This document shows, one piece after another, positions 18,262 through 28,043 of a stretch of DNA of 34,746 bases. The notes beneath the pieces are model-generated. The model worked only from the letters and a program-made list of their open reading frames with translations. It was not told where the DNA came from and made no database searches. Each line of letters starts with the position of its first letter. Position 1 is the stretch's first letter. Location: IMG/VR virus record IMGVR_UViG_3300030010_000010, positions 1 to 34,746 of that record; one strand, given 5' to 3'. This DNA comes from a virus. Its lineage: Duplodnaviria; Caudoviricetes. The translations under genes and the position numbers were made by a program.

Positions 18262-18805
18262 CGTCTATCTCAAATACGCGGCGCTGGCATTCCTCAATCT
18301 TCTGTCCGGTGTTGTCAATCTGATCCTTGCACCAGTGGTCGCCATGTGCGCTGACAAAGACGGTTGGCTCCCCAAGTGGTTGTGTTGGTTCCAGACCCCC
18401 GATAACTCGCTGAATGGTGATGGTGGTTGGCAGACCGAGAACCGTTGGTTCTTGGTTCAAGACACCCTCTGGAAACAGTGGTTGAATCGTGTGGGGTGGA
18501 TGTACCGGAACCCGATGTACGGCTTTGCAATTGATGTATTGGGGGCGCAGGCGAAACCAGGCGACGAGTTGATCGTTACTGGAGACAAGGAAACTGACAA
18601 CCATCGAGCAACTTTCCACGCTGGTACAGTGCGCTACACGCTCCTTCGTGACGGGAAGCCGATTTACTTCCAGATCTACACCATTGATCCTTGGTGGTTC
18701 GGGCGCTACCTTCGACTCAACCTCGGCTGGAAACTCTGGTCGATGCCGACGACTGAGAAGATGCAATTCACATTCAGTCCTAACCCGTTCCGAAAGGTCC
18801 CGTAA
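18254..18805 (+). CDS. Trp-rich phage membrane protein (possibly DUF7338-like)
   Basis: N-terminal TM then WLPKWLCWFQTPDNSLNGD...WMYRNPMYGF...NLGWKL; GAGGA RBS favours ATG 18254 over 18242. Confidence 0.65.
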   Translation: MTNVYLKYAALAFLNLLSGVVNLILAPVVAMCADKDGWLPKWLCWFQTPDNSLNGDGGWQTENRWFLVQDTLWKQWLNRVGWMYRNPMYGFAIDVLGAQAKPGDELIVTGDKETDNHRATFHAGTVRYTLLRDGKPIYFQIYTIDPWWFGRYLRLNLGWKLWSMPTTEKMQFTFSPNPFRKVP

Positions 18806-19818
18806 TGTCAACCTCCCCACTGCAAACTTGGGCCCTCATGAATGGCGTCCGTTCAGGGAGCCGAGTACGCGGAAACTCAGACGACGTGCTGATGGACTGG
18901 TTGTCCACGCTAACAAGCCCCTCTGCAGAAACTCCCAGTACTGTTACCTCCGCCACTCCCCCTAAAGTCATTGCCCCGGAGTACATACATAGCTCCTCTA
19001 GCCAATCTTCTCAGCAACCAACACCAACACCAACAACCAAGCCTAACACTAACTTCTACGAAGGGGGCCTCGGAGCCCCATCATGGGTGACTGGTGCGTC
19101 CAGTACTGGTATAGGCGCCCTGGGTCAACTCGCTGGGCTACCTGGCCCAGTAACCAGCGTAGTAAGCAAGCTAGCCGGCGCTGCCCTGGGACAAGAGGGG
19201 ATAAACGGACACACCATGGCAAACGGTGGAGTCGACGTGGGGGCTAGCTTATTGGGCCTTGGACTCCCCAACCTGGCGCTCAAACTGGGTAGTAAGATAT
19301 TTGGATATGAGTATGACCCCGCTAACTTCATAGGCGAGCTTACCAACAGCCCTGGCCTAATGTCTCCCCGCACGCTTAACTTGAAAGCTTTTGAGCGAGG
19401 ATCTGGTGATGCGTTCACTGGGCTTAATCAGCCTACACTGGCTGAGATTACCCGTCAAGAAGAGCGCAACGCTGCTGAACATGCCGCGCGAAACAAGCGA
19501 GACGCAGCAGCTGCAGAGCAAGATGCGCAAATGCAGGCTCGGGCGGCGGCCGAAGCTAGCAGAGTTTCAGCCCTGAACCAGCTTGCAGCCCAGGCGGCGG
19601 CGAACCAGGAGGCCATTAATCGCAGTTCCGCGGCTCCAGTTAACGGTACCACCAGTCAGTCAGGCGGTAACACTGGGAGATTCGGAAGCGCTGTAGGCCC
19701 CGGCAGTGAGCAGATAAACCGCAGTAGCAGTGGGCAAGTCTCTGCAAATAATTACTCCTCGAACGGCTCTGTGGCTAATAGCGGCGGGACCTACGGGGGT
19801 ACTGGTAATGCGTTCTGA
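18805..19818 (+). CDS. Low-complexity protein, possible internal virion/ejection protein
   Basis: S/T/P-rich N-terminus, G/L/A hydrophobic middle, A/Q/E coil, S/G/N tail; TAATG coupling. Confidence 0.55.
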   Translation: MSTSPLQTWALMNGVRSGSRVRGNSDDVLMDWLSTLTSPSAETPSTVTSATPPKVIAPEYIHSSSSQSSQQPTPTPTTKPNTNFYEGGLGAPSWVTGASSTGIGALGQLAGLPGPVTSVVSKLAGAALGQEGINGHTMANGGVDVGASLLGLGLPNLALKLGSKIFGYEYDPANFIGELTNSPGLMSPRTLNLKAFERGSGDAFTGLNQPTLAEITRQEERNAAEHAARNKRDAAAAEQDAQMQARAAAEASRVSALNQLAAQAAANQEAINRSSAAPVNGTTSQSGGNTGRFGSAVGPGSEQINRSSSGQVSANNYSSNGSVANSGGTYGGTGNAF

Positions 19819-19820
19819 TT

Positions 19821-20204
19821 ATGACTGAGGAAGAAGAACGCTCTCTACTAGGTGGAGGGGATAGCCCGCTCCACTCGCATGAGTTTGACCGGACGGTCAC
19901 TCATGCACAGGTCCTGCAGTACCAGGATAACGAGAGTATTAGGGAGGTCGCCACCTCCAGTATAGTGACCTACGCTGATGACTATCTTTTCGTTGACTCC
20001 ACCATCGCTCCCGTTACTCTGTCTCTACCAGTGGCCCGCGGGGGGAAGACTTACACGGTAGTACGAGTGGCCGGGGCCAACAATGTCACGCTCACCCCAC
20101 TGGGCACAGACACAATAAATGGTGGAGCTAGCTTGATCCTCTCTTCCAGCTACTCTCCTCGAAAGATAAAAGCATTGAAAGGCACAGGATGGGTACAAGT
20201 GTGA
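19821..20204 (+). CDS. Small tail-associated protein
   Basis: YLFVDSTIAPVTLSLP...NNVTLTPLGTDTING resembles fibre-type beta modules. Confidence 0.6.
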   Translation: MTEEEERSLLGGGDSPLHSHEFDRTVTHAQVLQYQDNESIREVATSSIVTYADDYLFVDSTIAPVTLSLPVARGGKTYTVVRVAGANNVTLTPLGTDTINGGASLILSSSYSPRKIKALKGTGWVQV

Positions 20205-22003
20205 GCGCACCTCAGCAGCCTAGCCAACCACAGATTAAGAATCCCGACACGATAGTCCTACCGTCGTTACCCGGGGTTAGGAGAGATGGTACCAGCACTG
20301 ATGCTGATTACTTTAATGATGTCAAGTGGTGCCGCTTTGTTCGCAATCGCCCTCGTAAGATAGGCGGGTATCAGGAGGTAGCTGACTCCTTTAGAGGGCC
20401 TATTCATGGCAGCCTAGTATGGACGGGGCAGTTCTCAGATCTCTTCTACTCCTTCTCAGCCCGGGGGGTTGACTACGGTAACATCAGTGAGGTGGGATGG
20501 GGCGGAACAGGTTCTGACCTAACGGCCTTCAGTGGCTATACCTATAGTCCAAACACCCTGTGGAGCTATGGTACCCTATTTGACGAAGCGGCTGGAGGTA
20601 ACGTCACTCTGTTGATAGCCACCCCTATGCAAACCATGTCAAACATGAATGACAACACCCTGCAAAGTGTGTATACTACCAACATAGACAGCCCTACAAA
20701 CATGGCACCAGTCTCTGATGTCAATGCTAAGTCCTCAGGAGGTTTATTCGTCACTCAACCATATGTAGTATTGCTGGGGAGCAGTGGTAATGTGACCTGG
20801 TCCAATGCCAATGAGCCTAAGAACTACACTACAGGTGATGCTGGATCCGACAGGGTGACTGGCTGCAAGATTGTCAAGGGCCTGCCCATGCGTACTGGCA
20901 TCAGCTCTGGCGGTATTCTCTGGTCCCTGGATTCAGTCATCCGTATGGACTGGGTTGGTGGGGTCGCCATATTCAAGTTCTCCCACCTGAGTACTCAGTC
21001 TAGCATTTTGTCACAGCGTGGGGTAATAGAGTATGATGGAAAGTGGTACTGGGTTGGCATTGACCGATTCTTCACCTGCAATGGGGTTCAGGTAGAGGAA
21101 CTGCCAAATGACATGAATCTTCACTGGTTCTTTGAAAATCTAAACTTCTCGCAGCGGCAAAAGGTGTTCGCCATGCGATTCCCCAAGTTTGGGGAAATTT
21201 GGTGGATGTTTCCCTCGGGGGACTCTATCGAGTGTGATAGGGCCGTTATCTACAACCTGCGTCTCAAGACCTGGTATGACGTAGAGATACCTCGCTCCTC
21301 GGGCTGCACCTCATCCACCTTCCGCTACCCTATAATGACTGACTCCAGGCCTAACGGTAAGTTCAGAGCCTCCTTAAGCTTTTCTGGCACATGGCCAGGT
21401 TGGCCTGCTCCACCGTTTGTAGTTGGCGATGAGGTGATATGCTCTTCCTCTGGATCGATTTGCGCCATAGCCATGATCATAACCAACAGTTTTTCTCAAG
21501 TAGTGGCCCACGTACTGGTTACTAATGGAATAAACCCCATTGATGGTGAGGGCTTTGCTAAAAGCGATGACCCCGCGACGAATGGAAGCATAGTGGCCGA
21601 ACCTGAGTACTCGGTGTTTATTCATGAGAAGGGGTACGATGCAGTTGGCCTCGAGTCCGCCAGTGCGATTGCCTCCTCCTTTACCACTTGCGACTTTGGT
21701 TTGCCAACTGGGGGAGCTCAACAGAACTCAGTTTCTGGACAAGATCTAAATACGAGAGTGACTCGTATAGAGCCAGATTTTGTGATGAGTGGTGACATGA
21801 CAGTCCAGATGTTAGGTAGGAAATTCGCCCAGTCCCCAGAAATCTTGAGCAAGGAGTATACTTTCTCGGGAGACACGGGTAAAATAGATCTGAGAGAGCA
21901 AGCTCGTGAATTTCGACTGAAATTTGAATCCAATGTGCTCGGGGGGTTTTTCGAAGGTGGTAAGACCCTCGTGCATACTGAGCCTGGCGATACTAGACCA
22001 TAG
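20201..22003 (+). CDS. Tail nozzle/packaged-DNA stabilisation protein (P22 gp10-like position)
   Basis: ~600 aa beta-propeller-like, PGVRRDGT, RPRKIGGY, FGEIWWMFPSGDSIECDRAVIYN, RIEPDF, KIDLREQARE; GTGA overlap suggests start 20201. Confidence 0.7.
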   Translation: MSAPQQPSQPQIKNPDTIVLPSLPGVRRDGTSTDADYFNDVKWCRFVRNRPRKIGGYQEVADSFRGPIHGSLVWTGQFSDLFYSFSARGVDYGNISEVGWGGTGSDLTAFSGYTYSPNTLWSYGTLFDEAAGGNVTLLIATPMQTMSNMNDNTLQSVYTTNIDSPTNMAPVSDVNAKSSGGLFVTQPYVVLLGSSGNVTWSNANEPKNYTTGDAGSDRVTGCKIVKGLPMRTGISSGGILWSLDSVIRMDWVGGVAIFKFSHLSTQSSILSQRGVIEYDGKWYWVGIDRFFTCNGVQVEELPNDMNLHWFFENLNFSQRQKVFAMRFPKFGEIWWMFPSGDSIECDRAVIYNLRLKTWYDVEIPRSSGCTSSTFRYPIMTDSRPNGKFRASLSFSGTWPGWPAPPFVVGDEVICSSSGSICAIAMIITNSFSQVVAHVLVTNGINPIDGEGFAKSDDPATNGSIVAEPEYSVFIHEKGYDAVGLESASAIASSFTTCDFGLPTGGAQQNSVSGQDLNTRVTRIEPDFVMSGDMTVQMLGRKFAQSPEILSKEYTFSGDTGKIDLREQAREFRLKFESNVLGGFFEGGKTLVHTEPGDTRP

Positions 22004-22027
22004 CAAATCTTATTTTGGAGCGATAAC

Positions 22028-23125
22028 ATGAGTTGGTGGGATGATTTACTAGGCTCTACAGAGGACATTCCCAGCGTTGATCTCTCGGATCCAGCGCTTA
22101 ATTATGATTACGTGCCGGACATTGACTTAAGCGATGTCGACACCTCCGCCCTGCTGGACACCGCAGACTGGGGGGACTTTGGGAATGAGCCCTTCACAGA
22201 CTCCCTATCTGGTTCAAGCTCTGATGACTACCTGTCGGGCCTACTGGGCGGTACGAGCTCTCTAGACAGCTATGGCATACCCGCTTCAGACGGGCTAGAC
22301 ACCCTTGACTCAGCCTCTTCCAACGTGTATGACCCCACTGCGGCCATGTCATATGACCCGGTAGCCACCGAGTCTCTGTGGGAACGTTTGAACCTGTCCC
22401 CGAACATGTCAATCGATCCAACTACCTCAGACAATTCCACCGCCGCACTGCTCCAGCAGCTCACCAACAATACTCCCAGTGTTAGCCTAGATAGTGGTAC
22501 TGGCCTGGGTAGTGACCCAATGAACACCGCAAACTGGGGACTGTATGAGCCCAGCAACGCTACCGACTTCTCCAGCAAAGGTATGACTGATGGTGGATTC
22601 GATACTGGAACCTTCGGTCGCCCCGATACTGGTAATGGTTTTGTGACCATGATGGCTAAGCTCCTGGCTAAGCCCGCGATCGCGGGGGTGGCTGGCAAGA
22701 AATCCAACCTATCAAATGCCATCGGGGCATTAGGGGGCTTGGCCTCAGTCTATGGGGCTCTGAATCCGGGTAAGTCTGGGGTGGCTCCGTCAGTTAGCCA
22801 AAACAACACGAAGAAGATGTCCTGGAATAAGTCTGTGGCTAACAAGGCTCGGGGAGGTAGCATTCAAGCTCCAATGGGCGCTCTGGGTCTGCTTAGGGGT
22901 TCATCCCCTGGGCAACAAGATGATGTCCCCATCAACGGTTCCCACGGGGAGTACATGATGGATGCAGATACAGTCTCCGCCCTGGGGGATGGTAACACGG
23001 ATGCGGGAGCCAAGAAGCTGGATCAGATGAGGCAGAATATTCGGGCTCACAAGCGAGCGGCACCAAAGAACAAAATTCCCCCCAAAGCTAAGAGTCCCGA
23101 GGCCTATCTAAAAGGAGCCAAGTAA
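22028..23125 (+). CDS. Putative ejection/DNA-transfer protein with acidic N-terminus
   Basis: C-terminal GQQDDVPINGSHGEYMMDADTVSALGDGNTDAGAKKLDQMR block typical of phage internal proteins. Confidence 0.65.
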   Translation: MSWWDDLLGSTEDIPSVDLSDPALNYDYVPDIDLSDVDTSALLDTADWGDFGNEPFTDSLSGSSSDDYLSGLLGGTSSLDSYGIPASDGLDTLDSASSNVYDPTAAMSYDPVATESLWERLNLSPNMSIDPTTSDNSTAALLQQLTNNTPSVSLDSGTGLGSDPMNTANWGLYEPSNATDFSSKGMTDGGFDTGTFGRPDTGNGFVTMMAKLLAKPAIAGVAGKKSNLSNAIGALGGLASVYGALNPGKSGVAPSVSQNNTKKMSWNKSVANKARGGSIQAPMGALGLLRGSSPGQQDDVPINGSHGEYMMDADTVSALGDGNTDAGAKKLDQMRQNIRAHKRAAPKNKIPPKAKSPEAYLKGAK

Positions 23126-23823
23126 TGGCCACTTCACCTGTAGCAGGAACCACCTCCTCATATATCCAGCCCCAGTTTTCCACTGACACCAACGCGGCCG
23201 TTGCGGGCGGCATCCAGGGGATGCTGGGTGACGACGGTTACCTGAACTCAGTGATGGGTAACTGGTATGACAAGGGTCCCACAGAAGGGGCCCTCGGTCA
23301 GTATGCACAGTATGACCCGTCGAAGATGTCGGAGTTCATGAACCCCTACACCTCTAATGTGATCAATGCCAACAACCAGCAGTCCAATCAGAACCTCACT
23401 GAAAACATCCTCCCATCCGTCAATAGCACCTTTACTGGAAATGGTCAGTTTGGCTCTACCCGCAACGCGGACTTTGCCAATAGAGCCATCCGGGACAACC
23501 AGCAGACCCTAAACAACACCAATGCCAATGTATTGCTGAACGCCCAGAACCAGGCCAACTCCAATTACAAGGACTGGACGCAGATGGGCGTCAACGCTGG
23601 TCAGAGCGACCTGAACAACTGGACGACTCAAGCCAACTTCCCCATCGGAGCCCTCGGAACCCTGGCTCAGTCTGCTAACAGCATTGAGACAAATGACCCG
23701 CTGGCGGTCAGCAGTAACTCTGCAAGCCCCACGGATGTTGAGAAGCTCATCACGGCTTTGCAGGCAGGCAGCAACGTGGCAAACAGTGGTTCACTTGATT
23801 GGTTGACTAGCTTACTGAGATAA
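23125..23823 (+). CDS. Putative DNA-transfer/pilot protein
   Basis: N/Q-rich, FMNPYTSNVI...GQFGSTR motif. Confidence 0.65.
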   Translation: MATSPVAGTTSSYIQPQFSTDTNAAVAGGIQGMLGDDGYLNSVMGNWYDKGPTEGALGQYAQYDPSKMSEFMNPYTSNVINANNQQSNQNLTENILPSVNSTFTGNGQFGSTRNADFANRAIRDNQQTLNNTNANVLLNAQNQANSNYKDWTQMGVNAGQSDLNNWTTQANFPIGALGTLAQSANSIETNDPLAVSSNSASPTDVEKLITALQAGSNVANSGSLDWLTSLLR

Positions 23824-23826
23824 AAC

Positions 23827-25362
23827 ATGGACCCTAATGCAACTACCCTGGCTGGTGCGGCTCAACAGCCCAATGTATCAGGGGCTCTTCAACAGCTCCT
23901 CCTATCACGGGTTCATACTCCCGACCAGGCCAATACTATGGATCAGGCCAGACAGTCGGGACTTGAGCAGTATCAGGCGGCCCTAAGGGGAGATCCCGCG
24001 GGGACCTTCACTCCGAATGACCAGAGCATGGGAGCATGGGTCGAGGCCCTAGGCAATGGTCAACGGGGATTCAATGCGGTAGCCAGTGGTATAGGGGCTG
24101 GGGCAAAGTTCCAAGCCGCCAAGGAGGCCGCGATGGCCTCGGGTAACGTAACTGCCGCTAAGGTTGGCTATGATGATGCCAAAGACCAGGACAATATGCA
24201 GGAACGAGAGCTCAATGCCCTCAAGACGGGTATGGGTAGTCGATCACAAGGGAAGATCATTCACTTCAATGATGATAAGGGTAACCTTTACCTCCTGAAC
24301 AATATCACGGGGGAGCAGAAGGTGATCCCCGCTTCTCAATCACCTCTCTGGACCAAAACTTATACTCTGGCCTTTGATCAGGCTGTCAAGACTCGTAATG
24401 AGGATCCTGAGGCTTATGCTACTGAACTGGCGAATCGGGCAGTCCAGAACTCACCCGAGGCTGTGGCTCCTTCCAGTATTCCAGAACAGCCCACTCGACC
24501 CATTCAGGGCGGATCTCCCCCTGGTGATCCGGAATTACCCGCAGTCTTCAACATGCCTGGAGCCCGGTGGAATGGAAGCACCCTTCCTCAGAAGAATGTG
24601 GCGGGGGATATTCCGATGGATAATGCCACCCGGTTGAGTGATCTTAATGCAGCCATCTCGGATCCGAAAACACCCCAGAACCAAGTCCCACAGCTGATGA
24701 AAGAGCGGGATCAGTTAGCATCCCCAGCCTCAAAACCCCGCACTGTCCTGACACCAGTTGACAACCGAGTCAACAATCAGGAATCGGCTTATGGAACGGA
24801 AGAAGGTAAGGGACTGTTTGAAGAGAAAGTCAAGATGCAGGATCTCTTCGGGGCTAATACCAAGCTCAAGTCACAGCTGAACATGCTTCGGCATATCTAC
24901 CAGAACCCTGATATTCCTGAGGGTGAGCTTGGCCCCATGATGCAAAGCATGCGGTCTAGCCTGAAGTCCCTTGGGGTGGATGTTGATCCTAGCGTCGGGG
25001 CAGCGGACATGGCCACGGCCATTGGTACGGGTTTGGCTCTAGGCATGAAGAATGCGGATGGTAAGAACCTGCTTCCTGGGGCTATGTCTAATTATGAGGA
25101 CCAGCTGCTTCAGAAGATGGCCCCCACTCTGGGCATGACTCAACAGGGTAGGTTGGGTATGATTGACTTCATGAATGCGGTAGCTGACTCGAACCTCCGA
25201 TTGGCTATAGAGGCCAATAAGATGTCCAAGAACAATACCAAGAACAAGGACATGCTCCCAGCTGAGTGGTCGGCTCGTAAAGAACGCATCCTCCTAGAGG
25301 AGATGGCCCGGTTGAAGGACCGGTCTAGAGAGATTATGAAACAGTATGGGGGAACTCAATAA
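23827..25362 (+). CDS. Putative ejection protein
   Basis: 511 aa helical; GAMSNYEDQLLQKMAPTLG block; position after pilot gene. Confidence 0.6.
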   Translation: MDPNATTLAGAAQQPNVSGALQQLLLSRVHTPDQANTMDQARQSGLEQYQAALRGDPAGTFTPNDQSMGAWVEALGNGQRGFNAVASGIGAGAKFQAAKEAAMASGNVTAAKVGYDDAKDQDNMQERELNALKTGMGSRSQGKIIHFNDDKGNLYLLNNITGEQKVIPASQSPLWTKTYTLAFDQAVKTRNEDPEAYATELANRAVQNSPEAVAPSSIPEQPTRPIQGGSPPGDPELPAVFNMPGARWNGSTLPQKNVAGDIPMDNATRLSDLNAAISDPKTPQNQVPQLMKERDQLASPASKPRTVLTPVDNRVNNQESAYGTEEGKGLFEEKVKMQDLFGANTKLKSQLNMLRHIYQNPDIPEGELGPMMQSMRSSLKSLGVDVDPSVGAADMATAIGTGLALGMKNADGKNLLPGAMSNYEDQLLQKMAPTLGMTQQGRLGMIDFMNAVADSNLRLAIEANKMSKNNTKNKDMLPAEWSARKERILLEEMARLKDRSREIMKQYGGTQ

Positions 25363-27194
25363 TGGCCCAAGACTATGGTTCCATGACAGATGAGGAGCTT
25401 CGTCAGTACCTGACTGACTCTGGTCAAGTGGAGGTACAGAATACAGGACCTATCAGAGGAAATCCCATAGTTGGAGATCCCAACAAGCCCCTTATCTCCG
25501 CTATCATGAGTGATGGAATGGGGGACACCTCGGATGGTCGCAATGGCTGGCAACTCTTTGGTCAGGGGATGGCCAAGACCGCTATGGATCCCGTTAATGG
25601 TGGCGGAGAAGCCGTTCGTACCATCTTTCGTGGTGGTCCTGATGAGCTTAAGAAAATTAACGCAGAGAAGGCTGAGCGAGAGGCCTATGATAAGCGTCTG
25701 ATGAACAACTGGCAGGCTAAACTAGGAGCTTTCGTTCCCGAAGCTCTGGCCGCGGCTGCTATGCCAGCTAGAGCCTTGCCACAGATTGTATTCCAGGCAG
25801 CTAAGGAGGCACTCAAACCTTCCCCTGGTCCCGTGACTGGCACTGTCCAGATGCTTACTAATCGAGCTCAACAGGGTGCTGAAGGTGCCGTAGCTGCAGC
25901 CATCCCAGCGGTTGTGCTAGGGGGAGTTGGTAGAGTAACGGGGGCTATGACGGGACGCTTCACTCCAGAGGGTGAGGAAGCTCTAAGACTCAATGATGCA
26001 GCCAATAGGCTGGGCATCAAACGGAATGTGGGTTCTCTGGATCAGTCCTCGGGATTGAACGCCTTTGAATCCTCAGTTCCTGGGTACTCTCGGGTCGTGG
26101 AGGGGCAGACTAAAGCCTTCACGGATGCGGCCAAGCGTGATGTAGCCATTCCCTCCACCACTGGAAAGTCAACTACCACTCGGCCCATTGAGGGTGAGGG
26201 GGTTCGTCAGGCTATCGTGGATGCAGGGGACAACCTGAAGGACCAAGGCCGAACCCTGTGGAATGACCTGGATGGTTACATCGTCCAGAACAACATTTCT
26301 CCAGTAACTCCTGCCCTATCGGGAGTTCGAGTCACAGATATTGCTAACAAGTACACCCCCCTGAAGAAAGGTGTTCCAAACCTGGATCAGAACCCCATCT
26401 TTCAGAAGGTGGATGAGTTTGACCCCGATGCGGCTAAGATGCTTCAGTACATGTCTCAAACCCCCACGAGCAAGTACGCTGTCCCATTCTCCGACCTGCA
26501 CCAGATTCAGTCGGCCGTCGGTAAGGCCTTGGCCAGAGCTGAGCGGGATGCTGCAGCTCCCGGTGCCTCTACAGTGGATCGTCAGGCTAAGACTGAACTG
26601 AAGAACCTGTATGGTAGCTTGATGACTGATGTGGATCAATGGGGGACTTCAAACCCCGCTGCTCAGAAGATGTTTGATGAGGCTCGGTCCTTCTGGAGAG
26701 ATCGGGTGGTTCCGGGGACCATCAACAATAAGCTCTATAGTAAGGCAGCCAAAGGTACCTATGGAATGAACCCCAGGGGATACTCTGAAGCGAAGAACCT
26801 ATACGGAGATGTGGTTGGTAGCCCCACTCAGCTCAGTACCTTGACTCCATTTATGCCCCCAGGAGGCCGCGATTTGGTGGACACATTGACCACCATGCCG
26901 GATGTGGCGAGGGCGCTGACGACGAATACGCCCCACCCCACGCCCTCTGGAATGGGGGTTGTCACTAATCTTTCAGGTCTGGCAATTGGTAGTCCACTGC
27001 AGCTGGGTAAGGCGGTAGTTTCACACCTTCCAGGACTGAGTACTTTGATGGAATCTGATCCGCTAAAGAAGTTGTACTTCTCTAGGAACGTGATGAAGGA
27101 TTCACCTTTGGGTCGCCTGAGCTGGGCGGCCTCTCAGGAGCCTCAGGATGAGACTCTCCAGTATATTCGCGGACTCCGTTTAGGAAAGCACTGA
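25362..27194 (+). CDS. Putative large ejection protein
   Basis: 610 aa, hydrophobic A/G segments, last gene of the late operon. Confidence 0.6.
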   Translation: MAQDYGSMTDEELRQYLTDSGQVEVQNTGPIRGNPIVGDPNKPLISAIMSDGMGDTSDGRNGWQLFGQGMAKTAMDPVNGGGEAVRTIFRGGPDELKKINAEKAEREAYDKRLMNNWQAKLGAFVPEALAAAAMPARALPQIVFQAAKEALKPSPGPVTGTVQMLTNRAQQGAEGAVAAAIPAVVLGGVGRVTGAMTGRFTPEGEEALRLNDAANRLGIKRNVGSLDQSSGLNAFESSVPGYSRVVEGQTKAFTDAAKRDVAIPSTTGKSTTTRPIEGEGVRQAIVDAGDNLKDQGRTLWNDLDGYIVQNNISPVTPALSGVRVTDIANKYTPLKKGVPNLDQNPIFQKVDEFDPDAAKMLQYMSQTPTSKYAVPFSDLHQIQSAVGKALARAERDAAAPGASTVDRQAKTELKNLYGSLMTDVDQWGTSNPAAQKMFDEARSFWRDRVVPGTINNKLYSKAAKGTYGMNPRGYSEAKNLYGDVVGSPTQLSTLTPFMPPGGRDLVDTLTTMPDVARALTTNTPHPTPSGMGVVTNLSGLAIGSPLQLGKAVVSHLPGLSTLMESDPLKKLYFSRNVMKDSPLGRLSWAASQEPQDETLQYIRGLRLGKH

Positions 27195-27251
27195 AAGGAC
27201 TAAGGGGGTGGGTTCTCCATGTCTCATCCCTGGCTTGGGGTACATAGCCCG

Positions 27252-27271
27252 CCCGCTTCGGCGGGTTTTTT
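27252..27271 (+). terminator. Rho-independent terminator ending the late operon
   Basis: CCCGC-TTCG-GCGGG-TTTTTT. Confidence 0.85.
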
Positions 27272-27293
27272 GGCCACTTCAATAGCCAGTCCA

Positions 27294-27680
27294 TTAGGGT
27301 GCCCACATCTGCTCCATGGGGACATTCTCTTCCCTTAGCTGAGCCAGGGTCATGGACTCAAACTCATAGGCCATGGATCCTGGAATGATGAAGATCAGGT
27401 CTTCCTCTTCGACCTTTCCCGCGATGAAGCAACGACCCCCCACTTTGCTTCGCATTCTGAGCCAGAGCTTTTGATCAGGTCGCATGACCCCAGTGAAGAC
27501 TGGAGTCTCAGGTTTCTTGGGAAGAGCTTTCACTCGTTTGGTTTCCACCCAAAACTCCACCCCATTGATGCAGTCATTGATATCGGGAGTTCCTGGACAG
27601 GCGGGATTCTCAACCCGGATGTTATGGCCTGAATCGAACTTCTTCCGGAGGGACTTACTAAATCTAGTTTCTGGATTCAT
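27294..27680 (-). CDS. VRR-NUC/Holliday-junction-resolvase-like nuclease
   Basis: MNPETRF...RVENPACPGTPDINDCINGVEFWVETK...RPDQKLWL...GGRCFI. Confidence 0.8.
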   Translation of the reverse strand: MNPETRFSKSLRKKFDSGHNIRVENPACPGTPDINDCINGVEFWVETKRVKALPKKPETPVFTGVMRPDQKLWLRMRSKVGGRCFIAGKVEEEDLIFIIPGSMAYEFESMTLAQLREENVPMEQMWAP

Positions 27681-27700
27681 TGACTTGCTTTCTGTGGATG

Positions 27701-27730
27701 CAATGATGGGGACCGTAGTCCCCATCACTG
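27701..27730 (-). terminator. UACG-tetraloop hairpin downstream of 27738-27989
   Basis: CAGTGATGGGGAC-TACG-GTCCCCATCATTG on the minus strand. Confidence 0.65.
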
Positions 27731-27737
27731 TGTTCAG

Positions 27738-27989
27738 TTACTCGGCGTCAGCGTCAGCTTCCTTGACGGCCTTCGGAGCTGGAGTCAGGAGGGCAACGAT
27801 TTCATCCTTCTGCTCGATCGGGAAGGACCAGCGGAAGCCCTCACCCTTGGCAGCCGGCAATTTCTTGCGCAGCTTGATACGGGCCGATTGCGGCTTGATG
27901 TCCATTTCCTTGCAGATGTCGGCCAACGAGATCGTGGTCACTTCAACTGCTTCGCCTTCGGTTTCAACTGCTTTTTCTTTCTTAGCCAT
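27738..27989 (-). CDS. Small HTH-like DNA-binding protein
   Basis: TISLADICKEMDIKPQSARIKLRK...RWSF; GGAG RBS favours MAKK start; own promoter and hairpin. Confidence 0.7.
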   Translation of the reverse strand: MAKKEKAVETEGEAVEVTTISLADICKEMDIKPQSARIKLRKKLPAAKGEGFRWSFPIEQKDEIVALLTPAPKAVKEADADAE

Positions 27990-28043
27990 TTGGTTTATCT
28001 CCATGTTTGTTTAAGGTTTTACTGTTTTTGAACCAGAACTTTC

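Noticed and set aside
17906-18820. 304-aa minus-strand ORF
   Set aside because: Antisense to three coupled plus-strand genes; composition mirrors their codons
27484-28014. 176-aa plus-strand ORF
   Set aside because: Lies after the late terminator and is antisense to two well-supported genes
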